Positions 51,598-64,000 of a DNA stretch of 64,000 nt are shown here, in pieces. The first letter of the stretch is position 1. Every line of letters begins with the position of its first letter. The stretch comes from Azolla caroliniana (lineage: Eukaryota > Plantae > Polypodiophyta), in contig JBHGNT010000001.1 in assembly GCA_043228905.1 (NCBI GenBank), positions 6,386,001 through 6,450,000 of the forward strand, read 5' to 3'. Made by a program: the position numbers and the translations under genes. Below the pieces are notes generated by a model. The model did not search any database and had not been told where the DNA came from. It was given only the letters and a program-made list of their open reading frames with translations.

Positions 51598-53654
51598 GGA
51601 GCTTCCTTGGCTCCTGTGGGATGGAAAAGAGATGAGATGCTGTAGCTTCTCTTTGTTTTCATTGGACTCCAAAGTTCAAACCCCACCCCCAAGTCAAAAT
51701 TTGTTGTGGAAAGAAGTGACCACATAGAAGAGACACACAAGAGAGAAGAAGAAGAAGAAGAAGAAGAAGAAGGGTTTGAACTCTGGACTCTTGGACCCAT
51801 GGCTACTACATATATTATTGGGTATGCACATACTACATCTTATGTTTTGTTGGGCGCTTGGTCTCTCGAACCCTATAACTCTACAAAGGCCTAAGCTTAT
51901 AGTGGGGCTTAAAGCCTTTGCGATCTCTTGTTCATCTCATGTCAACATTGTCTTGGATGAGTCTAGTTTCGATCTGTTGACCCGGTCACTTTGAACCAAC
52001 CACTTTTGTCACTTGATTTTGTGTCGCTTGTCGGCCATCCAATTGTACAAGCACGTTATTATACATATACTATTTGATTTTGTTGTTTTTTCTTCTCGAT
52101 CGTGTGCTCTAGTTTAACCATTTATGGTCGATGCATCCCCGTTTTCTCTCTTTTTGGGATTGACATAGGGTACTCGAGCAGAGAAGGAAGACTCGAGGGG
52201 CAAACCGGGTAAATAAAGGATAGATCATTTTGGTGCAAATAATTGTCAATCATAAAAGATCGTGGCTGTTAGATTACTCGTGATTGTTAATGCTTAGGGA
52301 CATACATTTTGGATTGTAAATATGAACGACTCGGTTGATTTAACTGAAATGAATATAACAATACATGTTGATGTTTATAAATGTCTTGCAATATAAGGAT
52401 ATACTCTTACCATTTGTGATTGTCTTCTAATGTAAAAATATACCCTTGTATTCTTGCATCATGGTGTCTTCTTCTCCTAATATTATGATACTCTAATTGC
52501 TTTTTATAGTGTGCCCCAATATGTAAAGATATCTAAATACTCACCTAAGATGAACAAATTTTCCCTATCATGGGATTTGATCCCTGCAAAAGTGAAGGCG
52601 ATTGGGACAAATTATTTATTAGAGAGTAGGAAGTGACCAATTCATTAAAGAAAAGATAAAATAGACAAGCTCACATGGGCTTAAGCAATTTGATCACGAA
52701 CCACAAAAGAAGGAAGAGGAAATCCCATGATCACTAAAAATGGAAGGAAAATGATGTGTTGTACATAGCACGAAAATAAGTCTAAAAGATGGGTGAAAGG
52801 AATCTTCGATATACTCAAACAAAAAATGTATAAAAGTCTTTTTGTGTTCTAATGATTTGGGAAAACCCATGCGAACTATCTAAAGGCATGCAAACGACAA
52901 GCAACAATAAAGGAGCCAAAGACAAGTTCAAGATTTTCTAAATAATTAGAGTTATTTTATCCTCTCAAAAAGAGGGGAATGTGGATTATGCAACTAATTC
53001 TTATTTATGAAATGTCATAAATATATTTGGAGAGTTGTATAGTCTACTCATGCACTAAAAAACGCCATGGCCCATGACCACTTATCGAACTATCACCTTT
53101 AACAGATTTAAACTCCAATATTTATAACTATCATTCTAATATATGTATAGGGCCATGTACTCTCTTACAATACATATTTGGAGCCTTGATTTTAGAGTGA
53201 TAAGAAAATCTAAAAAAGGTTTAGGGGCTAGAGTGAACATTTGTGGGCTAAATGTAACTTTCTAAGTGAACATTGACAAAGCACATATATGAAACCTACT
53301 AACTTGAACCAATTATAACAAAAAATTTCATTCACCATTGACACTTGATATTTTACAATGTTAAATAGATAAAGTTTGTAAGATTTATGGTAATTTACGT
53401 ATGAATTCAATCGAAATTACCAAATTTGTCATCTCTACATGAACATTTTAGAAATGAATTCTATCAAATGGCCCAATTCACATAAAACAAGTGAAAAAAA
53501 ATCACTTATTTTGTAATTTTTAGTTAGAAAAATGTAAATTTTTTGGTCTCATAGGTCATATTTGAGCGTTGAAGATGGTAATAGAATCTATCTATCTATC
53601 TTTCTCTCGAACACATAGTCATATAAATAAATGTTCATGAAAAACACTAAAATG

Positions 53655-54107
53655 CTACCACTACTAAGTAGCATCATTGCGACATTGATGGTGGAATATG
53701 TTGAATTTCCCATAGGCAAGATTACCACTGTCAACGAAAGAATTTAAACTTGGTTTAATAAACAAAATTGCCACATCAATAATACTTTCAATTTTTGTAG
53801 ATATGCTCTAACTCCATGTCCACCATTGAGTAAAAAAACATTGTGTGTATCCCAATTAAGACACAATCAAGTTGTCTCAATCTACCACTACTAAGTAGCA
53901 TTATTGTGACATTGATGGTGGAATATGTTGAATTTCCAATAGGCAAGATAAACATTGTCAACAAAAGAATTTAAACTTGGTTTAATAAACAAAATTGTCA
54001 CATCAATAATCCCTTCAAATTTTGTAGATATGTTGTAACTCCATGTCCACCATCGAGTAGAAAAACATTATGTATCCCAATTAAGACACAATCAAGTTGT
54101 CTCAATT
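53655..54107. repeat. Tandem duplication of a ~227-bp unit
   Basis: ctaccactactaagtagcat...ttaagacacaatcaagttgtctcaa at 53655 and 53882. Confidence 0.88.
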
Positions 54108-54109
54108 TA

Positions 54110-54596
54110 ATGATTTGGTGGGTATGTATGCCAAATGTGGCGAGATCTTCTAAAATCTTTCAAGCTATGATCTCTTAAACCACACCAATCAGCAAAAATT
54201 CTCATCAAGGGAAAGTGCACAAAGCGTTCAATTGTTTTGATCAACTTGCAAAACAGGGCATCATTCCTAACGTGGTGTCATTCTTTTGAGGCTTTAAGGT
54301 GCATGGAAACATCACATCCATACAAATAGGAACACAAAATCATCTTCAGATTTATAGCATGGCATTGTTTAAGAAAGATATTGTTTCTTGTGCTCTCTCA
54401 AGATGCAGCCACATTTATTTGCATCCAGCTAGTTTGGTACCACAAGAGTTATAGACAAGGGTGAACAAATACACTGACATTATGAGTAGGGGCTGTTTAA
54501 AGAAGGATACTACTATACACTAGCAATGCCTTAGTGGATATGTATAAGAAAATGTGGCATGCCTGCTACAGCAAAAGAAATGCTTGAAGAAATTAT
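54110..54596 (+). pseudogene. Degraded PLS-PPR gene fragment
   Basis: Broken PPR motifs with stops and frameshifts: ttggtgggtatgtatgccaaatgtggc (LVGMYAKCG), caaaaacagggcatcattcctaacgtggtg (QKQGIIPNVV), aatgccttagtggatatgtat (NALVDMY). Confidence 0.82.
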
Positions 54597-54744
54597 ATGT
54601 ATACTACTGCCTTTCTCTGTATATAAGCTCATCTATGCAGAGCAAAGAATCAATAATTCTTTATAAGATTGAATATGTGGGCATGTATTACATGGTTATT
54701 TTTAGCATTTGTGTTACATGCAGAAAAATTGATAAAAAATATCG

Positions 54745-57700
54745 CTATTTTATTTTTCTTATGAGCAATCCGAGACGTGTGAAAACCGTATCAACACTCT
54801 CTTCATCTATAGAAGCAAAACAAAGGCGGAACCATCCAGGTTCAGAGCAATGACATGCAAAGCCTGGCGTTGTATTAATCTTTGCTTCATAAAGTAACCT
54901 TTTCCAAAGCTCTTTCTCACCATCACTAGTATTAGACATCAATTGAGATCGAAAATCCACCCAACAATATAATCCTCCATTGCCCTCAGCACATGATATC
55001 CCAGCCTTTCGCAAACCTTCAACTACAGCATTATATCGATCATGTAGCCTCTTCTTATTCTCATCCAAGAAACTCTTAACGAACACCTTGTCCTGAAGTA
55101 AGAAAACTAAAAGCCTTTGTGTATGTGATGAAACACCACAAAATCTTGTAAGATTCCTTGAGGCAGATAATACCTTCTCGTTGGCAGTATACAAGATTCC
55201 CACTCTTAGACCAGCTAACCCAAAATCCTTGGATAATCCATAGATGATGTGTACAAGATTGTGATCATATTCACCTGAACTGAGGATTTGCGATGCACTA
55301 ACAAAAGGGCCATTGTAGACCGAACCAGCGTACACCTCATCACTTACTAAATGTATATGCTTATCTCTTGCAAAATCAAAGAGAGATCTAAAGGTATCCG
55401 GATCGATGACATTGCCCACCGGATTTCCTGGAGAAGTTACCAGCAAACCACGCACAGTTATGCCGCGTCGCTGAGTCTGGCTAAAAGCTTTCTCAAGTGC
55501 ACGTCTTGAAATAGTGAAGCCTTCATTGCTATAACAAGGCACTGGAACAAGCTCAATTCCATTCCTCCACTTGATGTCCCTATCAAATCTTCATGAAAGA
55601 AGAGACATCCAATATATACATATAGTTAACACTTAAGAAAATCTCAAATTGTGGTTTTGATTGATTCAGCTATAGGAGGTCTATTGAATTATTCCCTGAA
55701 ACAATTTTTTTCTTACCCTGGATAGTATGGAGATGGAACAAGGAATGCATCCCCTGCTTCTGCAATACAAAATGACAATATTTCAATTGCAGCACTTGCT
55801 CCTGCCGTCACCACAATATTATCCGCAAGGAATTTCATGTTTCCACCCATGAGTTCCTCCATGAAAGAAGCCATAATCTGAAATCAAGAACAAGTTTCTG
55901 ATATATTAGATATATTAAAAAACAAAAACACAAACTATTGGTTCTATGAATTGGCAATGGTTCGGTTCAGAAGTCTCAAACTTAAAACCACATATAAATT
56001 TGGAAACTTAAACCAAACCGCAAACCTTTAAGCCAAAACCATTCAAACCATTTGAGGAGTTTTCAAGGTCAAACCAAACGCTTCACGATATTTACAAACT
56101 ATAATCCATTAAGCAGCGATTTTAAGATTCGAGTTTGACTTGAACCAGATTGTTGGTGATTGTATACTCAATTTCTTACTTTTCAAGAAAGGGTTATTAG
56201 AAAGAAAACTAAAACTTAAAGAATTGTTAGTGTTCAAAGTTAAAACTTCATAAGAAATATTAAATATTCTATGGTTTATAATGCTAGTTTAAATGTTTAA
56301 TAAATATTTAAAAAATACCCCCCCATACCGTATGAAGGCTAAACCAAACCAAACTCTTGAATCCCCATGCCAAACCGAACCCAAACTTAACCATTTACAA
56401 CTTTCCAAAATATATCCATTTATTTATTTCGGATCTACAGGGTAACTTGTATAAAATATTTGAGGTTTCACTTGATATAAAAATATCAAATTGCTGATCA
56501 AGAAACAAAGTTATGAGAACTGCAGTGTGCAAATTTTGTTAGCAAGCCAGCAATGGGTTATCCACCTGAAAATGCAAATTTGTTTCACAAGATTAAGTAT
56601 AAATAAGGAACTGATAGGGAATCATCTTCTGACAAAGTTCCATGGTCTCTAAGGGACAATTCAATGTGGTTCACTACAAATTCATTCACTGAATTGGTGT
56701 TTTACAAATTCTTCAAAGAATGAATTCCTTTCTGACAAAGTTCCATGGTTTCTAAGGGATGATCCAATGTGGTTTATTACAAATTCATTCACTGAATTGG
56801 TGTTTTACAAATTCTTCAAAGAATGAATTCCTTTCCGACAAAGTTGCATGGTTTCTAAGGGATGATCCAATGCGGTTTATTACAAATTCATTCACTGAAT
56901 TGGGTTTTTACAAATTCTTCAGTGAATGAGTTTCTTCATGTTGTTCTCTAGAGAGCCTAAGCTTTAGACTCATAAAAACTGTGGTAACAAAGGGTTGCAT
57001 ATAGTTATAGTGGATCATGCTTCTCAATGTGAACTTACTCACATTTCCGCATTTATTCTAGTACATGATCCATAATTGTCGAATATTTAGCATACAATAT
57101 GCATGCAATACGTATTCTACCTTTTTTAAAATACTTCGAAAACATAATCTAGAGATAAAAATATGTTAAATACTTTGTAATGTATAAAACATTTTATTTT
57201 TTAGCCAAATTTTGTAATTTTGTAATTTTTGAGAATTTTAAACTGTTTTGGAAACGTTAAATAGTTATAAATATGTAGAATACGTGAAACCCTTCTAAAA
57301 TAGCATTTCTCAAACGTAGAATACGTGTTGAATACTTGAGTATTCTAAACATAAAATACACGTTTTTTTAATAACTTTGACATGATCTACAACATGCCCC
57401 AGGCCTTAGATGTCAATAACTTTGTTTTATTCTTTTGTATAAATTGCTGCATATCATTGTTTATATTTTCCATCAATTGCTTTATATCTTGTGTTTCAAT
57501 TCTTTTACCTGCTCGCTCATTTGCCTCATACAAATGTTAGCAGGACACATCTAGGGGGAATTCTTACAACTTCTCAACATATATATTATACATGCAAGTT
57601 TGTAACAAAATGTTTGTCTCAGGAAGAATTTTAGGTATGAACATACCGATGTAAATGAAGGAATCCCATTATAGTTTTGATAAGATGACAAATCTTTGAA

Positions 57701-58841
57701 CTTCAAATCTTGGTCTTCATTCCATAAGCAAGCATTTGGGTGTGTTGTTAACCAATCTTGAAGTAAATCAAGACAGAGCTGCAAAAATGAGGAATCCATA
57801 TCCAACATGTTTGGTCAAAATATAATTGTATTCAAATAAGAAGTGTGAATTATATTGTAAAAGCACATGAGTGCAATTACAGTGGAGTCATGATACAACA
57901 AAGATGTAAGGTCATGTGCTCCTAGGTAACTGAGGCACACATGGCCCTGCATGTGATCAAAAGAATTTCTATAACCGTGATCATGATCATAGTAGATGCT
58001 GATGATGATGGACACAAACATAACCGTATAGAATAAGCTAATATACATACATACATACATACATACATACATACATACATACGTCATAGAATAAGAGAAT
58101 GCATTTATAAGCCTCACATATATGGCCAATGATAATAAAAAAAAACCATCACCATGATGATGATGGAAGAATACATACATTCCAATGCATGCACAAGCAG
58201 GGATATAGTTTCACGCATGAACAGAGATGATAATACAGATAATGAACCATACATTATGGGATGGAAAGACCAAACGGCATATGTAAAGATAGGTCCCAAA
58301 AACATACCCTGTTTTCTGCCAAGCCAAGCTGGATGATACCATCTGGATTCTCTTGAGCATGGAAGGGGTTCAGACTATACTCCTTCCACCCAATGTAGTA
58401 AAGAGAATCTCCTGTGCCCGATACCGAGATAGCCCGAGCTGAGACAAAGGAAGGGCGGCGGGTGCTTTTTGAAGAGAATCCAGAACGTGAAGAAGAGGAA
58501 GCCGAAGAGCCGTTATTCACGTCAATTGAAGAGCCTATGCGAGCAAGGCTTGAACCCAAGGAGCTGACACGGGTGAGATTCAATCCCACGGAGGTAATGC
58601 AAGGGAGACTCTGAGCAGGGGAATCTTTGGGAACAGGGGAATGCTCTGAATCGATGGGGGTGGGATGGGAATCGGAATCAGAGTCAGAGTCAGAGTCATC
58701 AGAATCGGGTACTGAAGGATTAGGGCGGCGTTGGCGGATGTAGAGTTGGAGGAAGTAGAAGAGTGCACAAGGTATGAGGGAGCCCCAGAAGACCCCAGCC
58801 CGCCCTTGAACCACACCTTGCAAGGGAACAATGATTCTCAT
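54745..58841 (-). CDS. ACS10/ACS12-type ACC-synthase-like aminotransferase, copy B; exons 58841-58308, 57778-57647, 55877-55717, 55588-54745 (in-frame upstream ATGs at 59018 and 59099)
   Basis: Same motifs and identical exon sizes (132, 161, 844 nt) as copy A; the last exon is nearly identical in protein sequence. Confidence 0.93.
56627..56930. repeat. Three tandem ~103-bp units in ACS-B intron 2, ending in a short hairpin
   Basis: ttc(t/c)gacaaagtt(c/g)catgg...acaaattcattcactgaattgg at 56627, 56731 and 56833. The last unit has tcattcactgaa...ttcagtgaatga. Confidence 0.85.
57071..57379. mobile_element. hAT-type MITE in ACS-B intron 2
   Basis: Perfect 8-bp TSD ACATGATC (57063-57070, 57380-57387). 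Degenerate CA-starting TIRs (CATAATTGTCGAA / TTTAATAACTTTG) and inverted subterminal acgtattctac/gtagaatacgt motifs. Confidence 0.65.
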
Positions 58842-59441
58842 CGGGTCCAGGAGATCAGAATAAGGGGAGGAAGTGCAGGTGGAGATGGAGATGATGGAGA
58901 TGGTGATGGTGATGGTGATGGTGATGGTGATGGTGACATGGAACTTCCTCTGGCTCCTGTGGGATGGAAAAGAGATGAGATGCTGTCTGTGTGTGTGTGG
59001 CTTCTCTTTGTTTTTCATTTGGACTCCAAAGTTGCGGAAAGAAGAGACCAAGGCCCTAGACTCATTCCGAAGAAGAAACAATAGAGAATCGGAACTCATG
59101 ACCGGTCAGGACCAGACCAGACCAGACCGGACCGGACCGGACCCCCCTTCTCATAGTATTATGATGTCGTGATTTAGCCACCCCCCCCCCCTCTCCCCTT
59201 GGCTAAGACCCAATCTCATTCCGAAGAAGCAGCGGTAGAGAATCAGAAGTCGTGACCGGACCGAACCGGACCAGACCCCCCTTCTCCTAGTATTGTAGTG
59301 TTACCCTCATGCCTCTCTTAAGACTAGCCCAGCCCATCTCACAACCCACCCTTGGACCCCCAATGAGTTTTATGCTCCATGGTTGCTCACACCAGAACCA
59401 ACTGGCATTTTTTGAATCTGCTACTCACTCCCTATCGATAT

Positions 59442-60488
59442 TGTTGGACACTTTTCCTAGGAAGTGATGAACGACCAACCAACGCATTAGAGGGAGTGGG
59501 GAGGGGCGGGATGGGAACAAGTATCGTGAGACTTCTTTCATCGACACTTTATTAACACACAACACACATTGAAGGCAACCTTTCTCTCGCACATCAAACT
59601 GCCCATTAGGACAAAGGGTAGGAAAGCGCTTAGTTCCAAAATCTTATTTACTTTTGTAAGACCTAATAACTCTTTCCTCGTAGGCCATTTCCTTCTTATG
59701 CTCATAGCTTTTTTACAATGGCCTTTAGCTAGATACTATACCTTCCTGCCACATGCATGAGACCATTTTGTGCGTTGTTGCGTTGTTACGCGTGTGCATG
59801 TAGAAGGGGCAGGACCACGGGGGTCTCGGACGAGGGAGAAGAGGGATGCAAAGAAAACCAACACCGGACACGACCTGGATGCAGCCGAACACAAGAGAGA
59901 GGGAGGGAGAGAGAGAGAGAGACAAAGGAGAGGGAGAGCGTGCGCACGACACTAACTCTTATGCACAGGAAGCAAGCGGTTGTGCTTCTGACACCCCCAA
60001 ATACACCAATATACACAAATACACCAGTATGTATATTACAAGGGAAAGAATACATCCCCGGCTTCGAGCCGAGCCAAGGTAGGTTAGGTTACAACAACAG
60101 TCTGCTACCAAGCCGCAGATTAGGGGAGTTCTCAGGCTCGTCACGCCGAGCGGGGTCTTGCACAAGAGACCGAGTAGAAACAAACCCTAAACATACACGA
60201 ACTCTCGACCCATACGACGAAGAAGAAGAAGAAGAAGAAACTACCTAACCTAAATCTAACAGTATACCCTCCTAACTCAAAATGGGCAACCTTATACAAG
60301 AGACCCCTCCCTTCCTTTTATAGCCCAAGGAGGGAGGGACATTACAATGTGGGATAAATCCCCTATTACATGGGACCCTCTCTCCCAACTTTATTGCCTA
60401 TTCGGCACCACAAAAGCAACCCCTAGCCCCTGTGCTAATTTTGTACAAGGGTGGGTGCACACAGTGCACCTTGCCGATCCTTCCAACA
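59442..60488. mobile_element. Probable older solo LTR interrupted by a nested solo LTR
   Basis: Perfect TGTTGGA...TCCAACA termini; about 380 bp after removing the insert. No matching TSD seen. Confidence 0.45.
59799..60463. mobile_element. Solo LTR (665 bp), nested
   Basis: TG...CA termini with a perfect 5-bp TSD GTGCA (59794-59798, 60464-60468). GC-rich, with a minus-strand TATA (ctataaaag) and CT tracts. Confidence 0.75.
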
Positions 60489-61382
60489 TTCTTCGATTTC
60501 TCACTGTTGACGGTTTTCTCCACGACAACGCGCACCCGCACACACATCAAGGAAAAAATGGTTTGCTCCCATTCTCTTTAGCCTTCTATACTATCTATCC
60601 CCCCTCTATACAATAAACAAGCAATGAAACAAGAAATAGATGTCTTTTCAATGTAGAAGGTTTTTGTCTCAATAAAATGGTGGCAAATGAGATAGGAAAA
60701 AGCTAAACCCGTTTCTGCTTTCACTGCTTTGTATGATCGGGGTATTGTATAAATGCAAGACTTCTAAATGGATCAAGTTTCCTCTTGCTCCACCATAGTA
60801 GGAAGTAGTACAGCAAGTATGTATCATATTTGTGAACTCTATCCATATGGATATTTGAAGTATGAATTCCATCCGCCTTTATACAAAATCAAAACTGTGA
60901 GCTGTAATCTGGGAATTCAGAAGTTGTGATTCATCCGGATGTTGAAGTTTGATTCTACAGACTACAAGGACAAGTTTTTGTATCAATTCATTCCTCACAC
61001 TTCAACATCCAAATATAAGCTCGAAAAGCACATGTTAAGTGTAAATTTGATGTTGGGTCGGGTGAAAGAACCAGATAACAATGCTGGAAAATCTATGCAG
61101 ATGATGCAAACCTTAAATGAAACGTGTAGATTTTGAACCCAATCTAAATGGGAATGCGGAATTTATATCAGAAAGCATCAAATTCTATCGATCATGACAC
61201 TCATATTAAATAACAGGGGAAACATCAATGAAATTCCATGCAGCTCTCTGAGTTCCGCGTGCACATGGAAAGAGGTTTGGAATGAAGTCAACGTGACGGA
61301 ATACAGAGCCTGTAATGACTTCCATCTAGACACATGTTGTTGCCATGTGTGTGTGTGTGTGGCAGGTTCTAACTTCTAAATA

Positions 61383-64000
61383 ATGTTGGTGAAGAAGAAG
61401 CAGCATAGCTGCTATCCAACGTGGTCCCTCCCTTGTAATGAATACTACTACCTCAGAGAACCTCCTCTCGGCTGCCACCGCATCATTCAGGTGATTTGAG
61501 GCATTTTGAATTTGAATTAAATACACAAATACTAGCAAGAACATGATACTTCCATTTTGCATAATCCATTTTAGAGAGAGAGAGAAAGAGATGGATGAGA
61601 ATTTCCCTATTTGCATTTAAAAACAGGATACTTCCATATTACCACATTTCAGACACCTATCAAATGATGGATCTTTGTGGATCAATGGATCTGGCAATCC
61701 GTCTTGCATTGTTGAAGAGATTGAGAGAACATCATATGAATTTTCATGCACATGCAAAGAGCTAAATGAAAAATACGAGATAAAGATCAACAGTGGAAAT
61801 CACAAGGAAAAGTATGAGATAAAGTCTGGTAGTGGGAATTACAATGAAGATTTGCCTTTTCTTACCTTGCTCAAGTCTTGTGCAGAGAAGAAAGACCTTT
61901 TAGAAGGATCTAGATTACACAATGCTATTCTAGAAATGGGATTGCTTCGGGGAAATCCATTTATATCCAGTAGTTTAATCAATATGTATGCAAAGTGTGG
62001 AGATCTTACAAAAGCACAACATGTGTTCGAAGAGCTTAGCACTCGAGATTTAGTATCATGGAATACATTAATTTCAGGATATACTCTACAAGGAAAAGGT
62101 CATGAAGCACTGATTTGTTTTGAAAGATTGAAAAGTGAAGGCCTCTCTCCAGATGTGGTCACTTTCACTTGCATCTTGAAGGCTTGTGGCATTATCGGAG
62201 CTATGGGCAAGGGCAAACAAATTCATGAGGATATTTTAAATAAAAGGTTACTGGAGAGGGATATTGTGCTTGGGAATGCTTTGGTGGATATGTATGCCAA
62301 ATGTGGTGATCTTGGAAAAGCAAGAAATGTGCTCGAAGAGCTTCCTTTTCAAGATGTGGTCTCTTATTCTACACTAATCACCAGACTTTCTCAACAAGGG
62401 AAAGTATATGAAGCATTCACTTGTTTTGACCAAATGCAAAACAAGGGCATCTTTCCAAATGTGGTGACATTCATTTGTGTCTTGAAGGCTTGTGGAAGCA
62501 TAAGATCTATAGAGAAAGGAAAACGAATTCATCTTCAGATGTTTTGCCTGGAATTGTTAGATAAAGATATTGTTCTTGGCACCGCATTGGTGGATATGTA
62601 TGGTAAATGTAGTGCACTTGCAAACGCAAAGCAAGTTCTCAAAGAGCTCCATATATTAAATGCAATCTCTTGGTCTGCATTAATTGCTGGGTATGCCCAA
62701 CAAGGTCAAGGTCTGGAAGCCCTCTATTGTTTTGAACGGATGCAAAATGAGGGCATTTCTCCAAATTTGGCTATCTTCATTTGCATCTTGAAGGCTTGTG
62801 GCAACATAGGATCCATTGATAAAGGCAAAGAAATTCATAATAAGATTGTGAACTTGGGGTTACTTGAGAAGGATGTTATACTTGGCACTGCTTTAGTTGA
62901 TATGTATGCTAAATGTGGCGACCTTCCAAAAGCTCAGCATGTGCTTGGAGAGCTCCCTGTTAGAGATATAGTATCTTGGAATGCTTTAATTGCAGGGTAT
63001 AGTCAGCATGGGAAAGACGCTGAAGCATTAAATTCTTTTGAACAAATACTTTGTGAGGGCCTCTCTCCGAATGCCACTACATTTGTTTGCATCTTGAAGG
63101 CTTGTGCTAGCACTGGGGCTATAGAGAAGGGTGAACAAATACATGATAAAGTTATGACTAAGGGCTTTTTAGAGAAGAATATTATACTCGGCAATGCTTT
63201 AGTAGATATGTATGGCAAATGTGGCAATCTTGCTAAAGCAAAGGAAGTGTTTGAAGAGCTCCCTGTAAGAAATTTAGTCTCTTGGAATATATTGATTTCT
63301 GGGTATGTCCAACAAGGGCAATGCCAGGAAGCGTTGAATTGCTTTGAGGACATGCAAAGAGAGAGCCTTTTTCCACCCGATGCCATTACCTTTATATGCC
63401 TCTTAAAAGCTTGTGGTGGGACAAGATCTACCGATAAAGGTATACTGCTCCATGAAGAAATTTTACATGAAGGGTTACTCGAGAAGGATATTGCGCTTGG
63501 TAACGCTTTAGTGGATATGTATGTCAAATGCGGTGTCCTTGCAAAGGCGCAACAAGTGCTTGAAAGGCTTCCTATTAGAAATGTAGTTTCTTGGAATGCA
63601 CTTATTGCAGGGTATGCTGAGCATGGGCTTGCTGATAAAGCAATGAATTGCTTTGAACAAATGCAAAGTGAGGGCCTCATTCCAGATGTTGTTACTTTCA
63701 TTTCAATCTTGAAGGCTTGTGGCTCAGCAAGAGCTTCAGAAAAAGGAAGACAATGTCATGAAATCATTTTAACTTGTAACTTACTAGGGAAGGATATCAT
63801 ACTTCAAAATGCTTTGATCGGTATGTATGTCAAATGTGGCTTGCTTACAAAAGCATTAGAAATGTTTAACGAGCTTCCTACTAGAAGCATAGTCTCTTGG
63901 TCTACACTAATTGCAGGATATACCCAACTAGGTGAATGCCGTGAAGCATTGAACTATTTTGAACAGATGCTAAGTGAGGGCCTTTGTCCAGATGTTATTA
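61383..64000 (+). CDS. PLS-class PPR protein, 3' end outside window; exons 61383-61490 and 61627->64000
   Basis: A 36-codon first exon ending CAG|gt joins in phase 0 to aacag|GATACTTCCATA. The frame appears open to the window edge (spot-checked) with repeated LVDMY.KCG / SWNALIAGY / TF.CILKACG triplets. Confidence 0.9.

Noticed and set aside
56627-56930. Regularly spaced repeats that could suggest a CRISPR array
   Set aside because: Whole units repeat with no unique spacers, inside a plant intron, with no cas genes.
63003-63701. 232-aa minus-strand ORF (and similar ORFs at 41619-43451, 51075-51519, 58414-59172)
   Set aside because: Antisense or alternate-frame shadows of the PPR and ACS-like coding sequences and of microsatellites.

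Overview
Eukaryotic land-plant nuclear DNA: AT-rich, with spliced genes, microsatellites and solo LTRs. The style of the PLS-class PPR arrays suggests a fern or other seed-free plant (inference). Genes read from the sequence are a GPAT with a degenerate HAD-phosphatase domain (runs off the left edge), a secreted PLAT-domain protein, chloroplast ribosome-binding factor A, an unusual helicase-less Dicer-like gene, a MIR171 hairpin, two PLS-PPR genes plus a PPR relic, and two tandem ACS10/ACS12-type (ACC-synthase-like) aminotransferase genes. Mobile DNA includes a 1.5-kb Pack-MULE carrying a BOP/NPR-family BTB gene fragment, several solo LTRs with target-site duplications (one nested), a hAT-type MITE and a duplicated tRNA-derived element with convergent Pol III boxes. 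The most striking item is the apparently intact 8-exon, ~790-820 aa minimal Dicer (platform-PAZ-RNase IIIa-RNase IIIb-dsRBD). Its RNase IIIa site is fully catalytic, but its RNase IIIb site has lost both catalytic glutamates, which predicts a one-strand dsRNA nickase. All exon models were derived by eye and need RNA-seq confirmation.
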